DNA of 64,000 bases from Myxococcota bacterium (GTDB lineage Bacteria; Myxococcota_A; SURF-8; G963663525): NCBI GenBank assembly GCA_963676915.2, contig CAXXVK010000004.1, positions 1 through 64,000 of the forward strand, in the 5' to 3' direction. Below, in pieces: positions 39,911 to 50,258 of the stretch (position 1 is the stretch's first letter; each line of letters begins with the position of its first letter). The notes under the pieces are model-generated. The model worked only from the letters and a program-made list of their open reading frames with translations, ran no database searches and had not been told where the DNA came from. The position numbers and the translations under genes are program-made.

Positions 39911-40950
39911 TCAACAGGCATCACAGCCTTTGACGAGACGTAACGGGGATGTTTCCGGGTCTTTATCAGATTCTTCCATGCGGGTCGCGCCCGTCGCCTG
40001 AACGAGGGGAGGGCTCCACGCCGCTTTGTTTCGCGATTTTTTCCAGGCGTTTCCAATTCTTCACCGGACAACAGCGGTGTGGATTCGAACTCCCAGGTTT
40101 TGCCGAGACGCTTGTATTTGTCGATACAAAGGTTGTTGAACGCACAAAGTTCCCAACGTTCGAGCCATTTCCCGACATGTTGCGCCAGATAACGACCGAT
40201 ACCGGTAAGGTTTTCCTCGGTAGCCGTAGCATCTGGAATCAATGGCGTACGTACCCAAAGCTTCGGGGGACGGATGATGGGAACGAAGAGTCTCGATAAG
40301 GCGATCCAGGTTGGCAAGGATGGTTTCGTTCGAATGCCCCGGTGAACGTTTCGTGCTTTTTCGGATCGATTTCCTTCATGTCGAACAATACGAGATCGAC
40401 ATAGGACAAGAGACTTTCCAGAGACTCCCAGCGACATTGTCCGCAGGTATCTATCGCCGTAGCGATTCCTCGACGCTTCATTTCCTCCAGAAAAGCCGCG
40501 ACGAACCCAGCTTGTAACGTGACTTCTCCGCCGGAAATCGTCACGCCGCCCCCCGGATTTCTCGAAATACGCTCTATCTTTGGCCACTTCGTCGGCGAGT
40601 TCTTCGACCGTCCATTCCCGACCCAACAACTCCCAGCGCCGTCGAGGGGCATTCCTCGACACAAAGGCCGCAACCGTTGCAGCGTTTGCGGTCGATGGAT
40701 ATCCCTTTCTCTGCGGCTTTGAGGGCATCGCGAGGACAGGTTTCGATACAGGTTTTACAACCGATTACAACGGGAACCGATCCACTGGATTTCCGGGGAA
40801 AAACGAATGCTTTCCGGGTTATGACACCAGGCGCAGGCAAGGCGTACAGCCTTTGAGAAAAACCGTCGTTCGCAGTCCGGGACCGTCTTCGGTGGACATC
40901 CGTAGAATTTCCAGCACGCGGCCCGTGGGTGGAGAAGAAGACTCGTTCAT
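39911..40950 (-). CDS. Glycyl-radical activating enzyme (radical SAM with ferredoxin insert; frameshifted)
   Basis: [15 protein letters not shown]...C.WCHNPES; two ferredoxin-type Cys motifs ([22 protein letters not shown]); GGVTISGGE; RTPLIP. Confidence 0.9.
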
Positions 40951-40962
40951 GATCGCTTTTCC

Positions 40963-43479
40963 CTAAAACCGGCTATGGCTGACACGGGCAATCACTTCGT
41001 CCTGCAATTCCTTGCCGATCGAGGTGAAATAGGCGTTGTAGCCTGTGACCCGCACCAGCAAATGCCGATAATCCTGGGGATGCTTTTGGGCGTCACGCAG
41101 CATTTCGGATCGAGCATATTGATTTGCAGCGCCGTACCACCGTTTTCGGCGTATCCCCTTAAAAACGCTTTGAATTTGTCACGGTGCTCCGGGTCACGCA
41201 GGATCGACGGATTGAAAGTAATGGTATGGCTCGCTCCGTTGGGCAGGCTGTTTTTGTACCCCTCCCAATCGGCATCGCCGTTCGAGCTTTTACCTCCCAG
41301 CACCTTCCCGACCGAATTGGCGTTGGAAGGTCGGACCGGTGATATCCGCTCCGTTGACCGGGCAGATGGCGTTGCTTAAAAAAGCGCCCTTTCGTGCGTC
41401 CGTCCGGGCTGGCGGTTCATGATGTAGCCGTCTCCGGCCCAATAGTTCCAGCTTAACATTCCCGGTCTGAACTGCCTGCCGGTGGATTGAGTCCGGTGCT
41501 TCCAGGTTTCGTCGCACCAGAGATCCATCACCCTGCGACCCATGGCGTCGGCGTGATCGTCGTCACGACCGTACTTGGGGGCTTTGTTCACCGCTTTGGC
41601 CTGCAATACCTCATAGCCTTTCCAATTGTTCCGTAAGGCATCGATCAACTCCGCCATGGTGCAGGCTTTTTTCTCGAACACGAGGTATTCGATGGCCAAC
41701 AGCGAATCGACCGTGTTGGCATACGTGACCGCTTCGAGGGTCGTCAGGCTGATTTCCGCACCACCTTGGGTGACATCTTTGCCCGATTCGGCGCAACCTT
41801 TGACTAGACTGGAAAGATATGGCGTGGGGAAAAAGCGCTCGCGGACTTTCTCGGAGGCTTCGTAAATCTCGACGCACTTGCTTATAATGTAGCGGGTCTG
41901 CTCGGCATAGGCGTCCCAGAACTGCTCGAAATTCTTGAACGTTTCCGCTTCGCCCGTCTGTGGTCCGTCCTGAGTGATCTCGTAAACGGTTCCCATCACG
42001 GGATCGGAGTGCGGTTACCAGATCCTTCCCATTACCCAACGCCAGTTCCACGGCTTTAAGCAGGTTCAGGTTGTTGTCCACGGTGCCGGAGCGATCGTTA
42101 CCGACCATGGTATTTTCCAGACAACCGACAGGTGCATAATCCTGAATATTCCCGGAATGAATCAGCTTTTCAAGTTTCCCCCGTTTGGCTTCACGCATCA
42201 TTCCCGCCATGGAACGTTCGTCGAAGTTGATCAGGAACGGCGCGCCCTGGCTTGTGGAAATCATTTCCACAACAACATCCAACAACTCTTCGGGACTATC
42301 GCGATGCAACCGCACGTTGGGCTTGGGTTCCAGAATCGGCGACATTTCGTCGATCACTTCCAGCATGACGTAGGTCAGATCGTTGGTGGCGTCCCGGCCA
42401 TCGGCACCCATGCCGGAGAGCGTCAGAAGCTGGCCGAATCCAGCGGTAATGCCCTGGTTTCCGGTATGAATCTGCGCATCATAGGCAGTATTGGCATGTA
42501 CCCAGAAACATTTGAGAATTTCCTTACCGAACTCGCGATCCATACCTTCCTGGAGAGAATACTCCCCAATAAGGAAGAAGATATTGGTCGATCCGACCGA
42601 AACTCACTCCCGGACCGGGGTAGTTTTCGTCACTCATCACCAGCATATGATTGATCCACAACGCCTGTACGGCCTCCCAGAACGTTTTCGGAGGCTCCCA
42701 GGGCACGCGGTCGAAGTTCTCGGCCATGGTCTTCAGTTCGGTCTTGCGAGCTTCATCCGTCTCCCCGGCCAGAAGTTGACGACATCGTTCGGCGTATCCG
42801 GCGGCCAGTTCGCGGGGCAACTCTGCGGCGGTCATCATGGCGCGCAATTGTGCGCCTTTACGTCCTTTTTTCTCGGAACGGGGATAACGCAGAATAATAG
42901 GCTTCCAACTCCTCGCGGACGCCTTTCCATCCCAATGTCAGCACATTTTCGTGACCGGGTATCAGGTGACCGCTGGTGGCTCCGCAATTGCCGTATCCAT
43001 GATCGTGAAAACCACTTCACCTGCTCTCGCGCTCCACCCTTGCCGGAGGTCAGCCGGTTGTACTCTTCCTGCTCCTTCTTCGTCAGGCATAGAGAGACAT
43101 GCACGTTGAAACGCGCCCCGCAGATCAGATCGCCCGGAAGAATTTCTTTGGGAAGGTAGTTGGTCATCACTTCCTTGAGAAACCAGGCTCGGCGCTCCGG
43201 ATACTCCAGGACCAGAAGTCCTTGTGCAAATCCACATCGTAAGCCGCCTGCTTGTAGGAAGCTCCCATTGCCGAGAACAAAGCATACACTTCCGGTACGA
43301 TATAGTACGTCATTTCCTGAAATTGCAGATCCCAGGGGCGTCCCGGTGGACCACACCGTGAACTCGTTGTTCCAGTGGCGCTCGGCTCCCTGGAAATAGT
43401 AGTCCCTGAGCCATTGTACCCGTGGAGAAAGTCCCTTGGGTTCCTTGAGAGTTACCTGTTTGGCCGTGGAAACGCTCAT
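40963..43479 (-). CDS. Glycyl radical enzyme, non-PFL (GRE2; many frameshifts)
   Basis: FWEAVQ, SFGRIDQYL, active-site VGCLEN, KAPKYG, C-terminal LLVRVTGYNAYF...LQDEVIAR. Confidence 0.85.
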
Positions 43480-44217
43480 ACGGTCCTCCTCTCGTCTGGA
43501 CGACGATTTCGACAATGTGTTTTTCGCCATGGGCCAATAAACGTGTCATAACGTCAACCGCCCGAACGACATCCCGTTCGGTCAGTGCAGCAATCAATTC
43601 TTCGTGAAACCCGAACACCGTAGCGGCGACGTTCGGTAGTGCGAAAAACTTACCGGAAAGATTGGTGAAAAGCGGTTTGAAGGAATTCATCATCAGGGGA
43701 TAGACAAGGTTTCCCGTTGCCAGCGCCACCGTATGATGAATTCGGAAATCCAGCTCGGCTCGCTCTTCGGTTCGTTCTTCGGCACAGGCTTTTTCCTGGC
43801 GAAGCAGGTCGTTCAACTCGTCGAGATGACTCTCTTCCCGGTGATCGGCGGGCCAGTTGAGCGTTTTCGACCTCCACAAGTCGCCGCATCTGCAACAGCT
43901 ATCGAGCAGATCGAGGCTGACCTCTCCCTGATGATAGTTGAACAGAGAATGCAGCATGGTCAACGAACCTTCGCTACGATAATCGTTGACCACCGTTCCA
44001 ACCCGGAGGTTTCATCGTCACCAGCCCTTTAAAGGCCAGATCCATCAGTCCTTCATGAACGACAGGACGACTGACACCAAGTTGCAGGGGCCAGTTCCCG
44101 TTCCGAGGGAAGTTTTTCGCCGATCTTGAAACGACCGGAAAAAATCAATTCCTCGAACTTTCGAACGAAAACGTCCGTCAAACTCTCTTTTTTCAGTGGT
44201 GGTAGAATATCTTTCAT
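43480..44217 (-). CDS. GntR/FadR family regulator (frameshifted, 3' end approximate)
   Basis: IFSGRFKIGEKLPSERELA..LGVSR.VV.E wHTH; FCD-like ATGN...H...I.AL..RD. Confidence 0.8.
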
Positions 44218-44232
44218 GGCTCTCATGGCTGG

Positions 44233-44277
44233 TGGTATTACCAGATGCCAGTATACAAGCCTTCACAAAAATGTCAA
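44233..44277 (-). promoter_or_regulatory. Sigma70 promoter with FadR-type operator near +1
   Basis: TTGACA-16nt-TATACT (44277-44250); palindrome TGGTA-N-TACCA at 44233-44243. Confidence 0.75.
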
Positions 44278-44311
44278 ATGCAAATATTGGAAAAATCGAA
44301 TTTTTCTGCTT

Positions 44312-44935
44312 TTACGGTTTTACAACGTGCCCGGCCTGGGTCAGAGAATCGAGGATCTCATACATGTTGGTGACTTTGCCAACCGCAAGTTGATCGATCA
44401 GGCCAAAGTAATCCAGGCAGGTACCACAGGAACGCAGCACAACACCTTGATTTTCAAGAGCTTTTAAACTTTCGAGCACCGGGGAGTCGGCGACCGTCAA
44501 CCGAACGCCCGCGTTGGCGAAAAGGATTTTCTGGGGCAATGGGCGCACGTCCTTTAGCGTGTTGACAAACGCTTTCATCAACGCCTGTCCCAACTCATCC
44601 GAGCCACTGCCCATACTGTCGGAAGAAATATATACCACATGCGGAGCCGCAGCCGCCGTAGGCTGAGGAATGCCGCAACGAGCCTCGGTGGTGATTTTCT
44701 CTTCGCCACGGGTAATGATCAACCGCTGCAAATCGCCTTCCGTTTCCTTGACCACGCTTCCGCCGTTTTCCTGGATGTAGCGTTCGACGTTCTCCGCACT
44801 CGTCGGATTGTTGACCAACGTCACCATTTGCTCGCCAACGGCGATTTCATCATAAACCTTTTTGGTCATGATCAACGGTACGGGGCAAGTTTTGTCCAAG
44901 GCGTTGACTTCAGGGATTTTTTTCGAATCGGTCAT
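44312..44935 (-). CDS. yedF: Sulfurtransferase-like selenium metabolism protein (TusA + DsrE-like domains)
   Basis: CPVP, MGSGSDELG..LMKAF, SCGTCLDYF, VGKVTNM; next to selA. Confidence 0.85.
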   Translation of the reverse strand: MTDSKKIPEVNALDKTCPVPLIMTKKVYDEIAVGEQMVTLVNNPTSAENVERYIQENGGSVVKETEGDLQRLIITRGEEKITTEARCGIPQPTAAAAPHVVYISSDSMGSGSDELGQALMKAFVNTLKDVRPLPQKILFANAGVRLTVADSPVLESLKALENQGVVLRSCGTCLDYFGLIDQLAVGKVTNMYEILDSLTQAGHVVKP

Positions 44936-45002
44936 GGTTTGATCCTTTTTCAGAAAATATTATTTGGAATATTTATCGAATTTCACATGCTTTCAAATTG
45001 AT

Positions 45003-46378
45003 TCAATGAGCCGTCTTTTCCACCCAAAGACGAACAGCCTCCGCAATATCCTTGAAATCCCTAGGAAAAACCGTCCTGAAATCCAGAACGAATCGGTCTT
45101 TCTGCACGAGTCCGACAATCGGTGTCGGGCGCTTCCTAAACCATCGGGCCGCTTTTTCGGCGGTTGCGGTCTTTAACACCAAACCGAAACTTTCGAGTTC
45201 GATATCCGGGGCACTGCCCGCCCCAACGGCGGAGAAGCACTCGACCGGCTCCAACCACGGTTTGCACGTTTCATACTCGTTGAGAAATAACCGTACCTTC
45301 TCTTCGATTTCAGCAGCGCTTTGGGTCAACATCTTAATGGACGGTAGTGACTGCGAAGTCGTATCCGCATGATATTTCAAGGCATTTTGCATCAAAAACA
45401 GCGTGGTTTTGTCCGGGCGCAGCACTCGCATCATCGGAGCTTTGGCAAGCTTCGAAATTTTCTCTTTTGTTCCCACGATAAAACCGGCTTGCGGACCACC
45501 GAAAAGCTTGTCTCCCGAACAACAAACGAGATCCGCGCCTTCTTCCACCGTTTTTTGCACGGAAGGCTCGTCGTGACCGGGCAGAGAAAAGTCTCCCATG
45601 TAACCCGATCCAAGATCTTTGACAATCATCACGTTCTCGTTTTTCAACGGCGCCAGGTCGCGAACCTCGACGCTTTTGGAAAACCCGCGAACTCGGAAAT
45701 TGGAATGATGCACTTTGAGCACCATCGCCGTATTTTCGTTGATGGCTCGCTTGTAGTCGTCGATTATAGTGATATTGGTGGTACCGACTTCTCGTAAAAT
45801 CGCACCCGTTGCTTCCAAAATATCGGGAATGCGAAATCCACCACCGATCTGCACCAGCTCCCCACGGGAAACGATGACTTCCTTCCCTTTGGCAAACGTG
45901 CTCAACACGAGAATACAACGCCGCAGCGTTGTTGTTGACCACCAACCCGGCCTCGGCACCACAAACCGACGCAAGCAGACGGTGCGTAAACAGCGACCGT
46001 GTACCGCGTTGCCTTCGGCCAAGTCGATTTCAAGGTTGGTATAGCCTTCAATCTCTTCCGAGAGTTTTTCCAGAGTTTTCGCTCCGTAAGGAGCGCGTCC
46101 CAGATTGGTATGGAGCACAACTCCCGTTCGCGTTGACAACCCGCTTCAAACGCGTGGAATCGAGATACTCGCACGCACGTCCGATCTCTTCGAGAATAGC
46201 GTCCGTATCCGGTTCGATCCCCTGATCCAACGCCTTTTTTCGCGCTTCGTCCACCGACTCGCGGCATAGTTCTTTGGCAAGAGCACGTCCCAACCGTTCC
46301 TCTGCATCGAGAAAAACGGCGAGAATGCATCAGAACATCCATTTTGGGTAGTTTGGCGAGCAACTTCTCGTTCGACAT
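45003..46378 (-). CDS. selA: L-seryl-tRNA(Sec) selenium transferase (frameshifted)
   Basis: TGVVLHTNLGRAP, VNNNAAA, SRGELVQIGGGFRIPD, EVGTTN, SGDKLFGGPQAG. Confidence 0.9.
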
Positions 46379-46548
46379 CGTTTACGTCTCAAAGAAAGTG
46401 ATATGATTTTTCGTAAAATGAACCGTTTCGATTCTTTAGCCGATACAAATCCGAAGTCGGCATCTTTTTTAGAAGCTATTTACGCCGTTATTTCCAACGG
46501 TTATCCAACCGATTGCTTTCTCGAACGTATCACAACGCGGGGATGACC

Positions 46549-46920
46549 TCAGTCAGCAAAAATGGACTGCACCAATTCCACGACTTTTTCGGGGTCGGTC
46601 GGCTTGGGAAGGAAATGGTTCGCACCTGCATCCAATCCCATTTTTTTATCCGCTTCGGTGCTTTTGGCCGTCAGCATAACGATAGGAACATCCTTGTACG
46701 ACTCGGTTTTCCGCAACTCTCGGCAGACATCGTACCCAGTTACTCCACCCGGCATGATCAAATCGAGAAATACCAGGTCGAAACGCTGCTTCTTCGCCGT
46801 CTCGATGGCTTCCTTTCCATTTGTTGCGGTCGTGATTTCGTACCCCTCCGAACCCAATAGTTCTTCTAGCGAAATCAACACCAATTCGTCGTCGTCGGTA
46901 ATCAGAATATGTTTTGCCAT
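46549..46920 (-). CDS. Single-domain response regulator
   Basis: ILITDDD, FLDLIMP, MLTA, LPKP. Confidence 0.9.
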   Translation of the reverse strand: MAKHILITDDDELVLISLEELLGSEGYEITTATNGKEAIETAKKQRFDLVFLDLIMPGGVTGYDVCRELRKTESYKDVPIVMLTAKSTEADKKMGLDAGANHFLPKPTDPEKVVELVQSIFAD

Positions 46921-46925
46921 GGGGT

Positions 46926-48911
46926 TTATTCTCCCTTCGTTTCCTTAGCCCGAGAGGACGAAAATTCGGGCAACACGACATGAAATGTCGTGCCCTCACC
47001 TTCGACACTCTCCACGTCGATACGTCCACCGTGTTCGACGATGATTCCATAACAAATCGACAAACCAAGCCCCGTTCCTTCTCCAACCTCTTTCGTCGTG
47101 AAAAACGGTTCAAACAGCTTGTCTTTCTGGTTCTCCGAAATACCTTTTCCGGTATCCGAAATGCTTACCACCACAGCGGGCTGGCCGTCGATTTCTCCGC
47201 TATGGCTTCGAATGGTCAATTGTTTCGTCTCCCTGTCCGCCATCGCGTCGCGTGCATTGTTGATGATGTTTAGAAACACCTGTTCAAGGTGATTCGGATC
47301 GCCTTTGACGGAAGCAAGATTGAGATCCAGACTCTTTTCCACCTGAATATGCAGGTTCATCAATTGTTGTCCAGCAATGAGCAAAGAGTCTTCGAGAGGA
47401 AGATTGATATCCATCTCGACCATTTCCAGATCGGTCTGTCGAGAAAAGTCCTTGAGATGTGTCACGATTTTGGAAATCCGTCCGTGACAGTTTTCGATCA
47501 ACTCGAACTTCTTTGCATTCGGACAGTCATCGATACAAGGCTTTTTACGAGCAACATGCAGCATCGTGATGGCAGCCATCAGAGGATTGTTGATTTCATG
47601 CGCCACACCGGAGACGAGATCCCCCAAGGCTCTCAGTTTCATGCTCTGAATAACCTGAGCCTGGGTTTTTCTCAACTTCTCCTGAAGGGCTTTTTCGCTC
47701 GTAATGTCGGAGAAAATACCGAAACTGCCGATTTCGTTGCCTTGACCATCGAACAATCGTGAGGCGGAGGTTCGAATGGGAATGATCCGATCTTTGCCAT
47801 TCAATTCCATTTCGTAGTTGGCAACATTACCCTGATCCCTCAGCATCCGCATGATGGTACGAGCCTGCTCTTTTCCCTCCGGATAAAAATTCCAGATTTG
47901 CGAGCCGATCACCTCGTCTTTTTCCATCCCAAGCATTTCTTTCATGCCACGATTCACGAAAGTCACAATACCATGAACATCAGCCGTTACGATGCCATCC
48001 ACCGTCCCTTCCACGAGGCTGCGGTATTTTTCCTGAGAATCGAGCAACTGCCCGGTGCGCTCGGCAACGAGCCGTTCAAGATCCTCCGTTTTTTCACGGA
48101 CTTGCTCGGCCATATAGTTGAACGTCCTCGCCAGGGTTGAGAATTCGTCCGTCCCGGCGGAACCTTTTACACGCTTGTCGAAATTCCCGGCGGACATCCT
48201 ATTGGCCGCCTCGACGATATCGATTAATGGGCGGGAGAACATGCGACTCATCATGTATGCCACCGCAGCCACAAGCAACAAACTAAACAAAATCAGTGGC
48301 CAGATATACGTTTCCACATCTCGCGCCGATGCGAAAATCTCTTCTTCGTAACTACCCGCAGCGATGATCCAGTCCCAAGGTTCGTAATATTTGAACATCA
48401 GGATTTTCATTCTGGGGACGTTTGCGGCATCTTCCGGGTTGTGCCAGGGATAGCGAATCGTTCCGACATCATCCGGGCCAAGCTTTTTTGCTTGATCGAC
48501 AATGGCGCGAATGAACATCACTCCTTTGGAATCACGGCTTCCCAGGATATTCCGGCCTTCCTGAGCCGGATGAATGACAAGGTTGCCCTTGCTGTCCATA
48601 ATGTAAGGATAGCCCGTTACTCCGACTCGAAACGTACGAATCGCGTGACGTATCGAACGGGTTTTGCAGGCTAGCAGGTCTTCTTTACCCTCATTTCCCA
48701 GACATGAGATTTCGGCCTCGGCCTCGGCTTTGTCTTGAACCAGCCGGTACAGGTGATCGACGATATTCGTCAATTCCAACTCGGCCATATCCCGTAAGCC
48801 AGCTCGAAAAGAGGACACGGCCACCAGTTCTCCCGCCAATAATGGTAAAAGAACTACAAGGAACGTCAGTAGGAGTTGCGTCCTGATTTTAAATTTTCGC
48901 AATAAAATCAA
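46926..48911 (-). CDS. Sensor histidine kinase (Cache-HAMP-PAS-HisKA-HATPase)
   Basis: GVTGYPYIMD...HP..EG, YEPWDW, HAMP DEF..LA..FN.M, PAS, GVAHEINNPL, GTGLGL; TTG start overlaps the upstream TGA. Confidence 0.9.
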   Translation of the reverse strand: MILLRKFKIRTQLLLTFLVVLLPLLAGELVAVSSFRAGLRDMAELELTNIVDHLYRLVQDKAEAEAEISCLGNEGKEDLLACKTRSIRHAIRTFRVGVTGYPYIMDSKGNLVIHPAQEGRNILGSRDSKGVMFIRAIVDQAKKLGPDDVGTIRYPWHNPEDAANVPRMKILMFKYYEPWDWIIAAGSYEEEIFASARDVETYIWPLILFSLLLVAAVAYMMSRMFSRPLIDIVEAANRMSAGNFDKRVKGSAGTDEFSTLARTFNYMAEQVREKTEDLERLVAERTGQLLDSQEKYRSLVEGTVDGIVTADVHGIVTFVNRGMKEMLGMEKDEVIGSQIWNFYPEGKEQARTIMRMLRDQGNVANYEMELNGKDRIIPIRTSASRLFDGQGNEIGSFGIFSDITSEKALQEKLRKTQAQVIQSMKLRALGDLVSGVAHEINNPLMAAITMLHVARKKPCIDDCPNAKKFELIENCHGRISKIVTHLKDFSRQTDLEMVEMDINLPLEDSLLIAGQQLMNLHIQVEKSLDLNLASVKGDPNHLEQVFLNIINNARDAMADRETKQLTIRSHSGEIDGQPAVVVSISDTGKGISENQKDKLFEPFFTTKEVGEGTGLGLSICYGIIVEHGGRIDVESVEGEGTTFHVVLPEFSSSRAKETKGE

Positions 48912-50038
48912 GTTGATTTCGCTCCATGAATCGGAAATACGTTTTCTTGGATGCTGCGAACCACCGTCTCTGCATGACGAATGGCCTTCTCTTTTGCCTC
49001 ACCCTTGGTGGAAAGCGGACGATCCCAGAGACTATCCATGTCCGAACCGTACATCATACCGCCTACCAGTCCGGCAAATTGATCGACCGGCTCACGGCCG
49101 CACATCGCCGCCCATGCCAAGGTCCAGCATTTGGACGTACGATAGACATCGTATCCACCACCACCAACCGCCACCAGTTTAGGCGCAGCCTTGCACAACT
49201 CTTGAATCGTGTCTTCGTAACCATTGCTGGTCAATCGCAAATGGGTCAAAGGATCGGAAATCACGGTGTCCGCACCGATTTCGGCAATTACAAGATCCGG
49301 TGCAAAAGCCTCCAACAAAGGCGGAACGATCCGCTTGAAGGTCTTTGTATAGACCATATCGTCGGTTTTCTCGATCAAAGGTACGTTGACGTTGTACCCC
49401 CTGCCCTCTCCTTCACCGATTTCCGTTTCATTGCCTCCCCATGGATAGAGGGTTTCGCCGGATTCGTGCAAGGAAATCGATAATACTCTCGGATCATCGT
49501 AGAACGCTTTTTGAATTCCGTTGCAATGATGTGCGTCGATATCGACGAACGCCACCTTTTTGCCCTTTTCGATCAGGTCGGCAATGGCAACACCTACATC
49601 ATTGATAAAACAGAATCCTTCCGCGTGATCTCGCTCGGCGTGATGAAAACCACCTACAAGGTTGAACGCTCGGTCAACCTTTCCCGACATCACCAATTCC
49701 ACGCCGTGCATCGTTGCGCCGAGAGCTTGAATGGAAAACGAATAGAGATTCGGCACGAATGGGCAATCGTCGGTGCCGATGCCCCGAGCCAACATGCTCA
49801 GGTCGAAACTCCCTTTTTCGGCCTCTTTCAGCACCTCCAGATATTCGGCTTCGTGAAACAAAGCCGCCATCGATTCATCGACGGTGCCGGGTTCGACCTG
49901 AATGCATTCCGCATCGATCAAACCATAGCGATTGCACAATTCAAGCGTGTTCCTCGCCCGCATGGGTTTGAACGGATGGTCGTCCCCATAATCGAATTTC
50001 GCCAACTGTTCCGAATACAGCAGGGCCGCTTTCGCCAT
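48908..50038 (-). CDS. acuC: AcuC / histone deacetylase family protein
   Basis: HPFKPMR, GGFHHA...GFCFIND, DIDAHH.NG, SLHE, GAD...DPL, GGGGY. Confidence 0.85.
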   Translation of the reverse strand: MAKAALLYSEQLAKFDYGDDHPFKPMRARNTLELCNRYGLIDAECIQVEPGTVDESMAALFHEAEYLEVLKEAEKGSFDLSMLARGIGTDDCPFVPNLYSFSIQALGATMHGVELVMSGKVDRAFNLVGGFHHAERDHAEGFCFINDVGVAIADLIEKGKKVAFVDIDAHHCNGIQKAFYDDPRVLSISLHESGETLYPWGGNETEIGEGEGRGYNVNVPLIEKTDDMVYTKTFKRIVPPLLEAFAPDLVIAEIGADTVISDPLTHLRLTSNGYEDTIQELCKAAPKLVAVGGGGYDVYRTSKCWTLAWAAMCGREPVDQFAGLVGGMMYGSDMDSLWDRPLSTKGEAKEKAIRHAETVVRSIQENVFPIHGAKST

Positions 50039-50206
50039 GAAAAACCCCTTTCGTTTCCGTTCGAACGAAGGTCTATCCCGTTTGCATCATTTCCGTTATA
50101 CAACAAACTAAATTCAAATGGAGTAAAAACATTCAAAGTTGCGCTAAAACTTTGAAAAGCACTTACTTTCCAGAACGAAGATCGGGATTTTCGGACAATT
50201 CCCGAT

Positions 50207-50242
50207 AAAAAAAGGGGCCGACGCTTTCGCATCGGCCCCTTT
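50207..50242 (-). terminator. Intrinsic terminator of the giant protein gene
   Basis: AAAGGGGCCGA...TCGGCCCCTTT with a U-run on the minus strand, 16 nt after the stop. Confidence 0.85.
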
Positions 50243-50258
50243 ACCATGAAAGAGTGAC

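Noticed and set aside
36106-46378. Selenocysteine read-through or programmed frameshifting as the cause of broken ORFs near selA/yedF
   Set aside because: The breaks are frame changes, not in-frame UGA at conserved Cys positions. Catalytic Cys codons are ordinary and the indels are too numerous and scattered.
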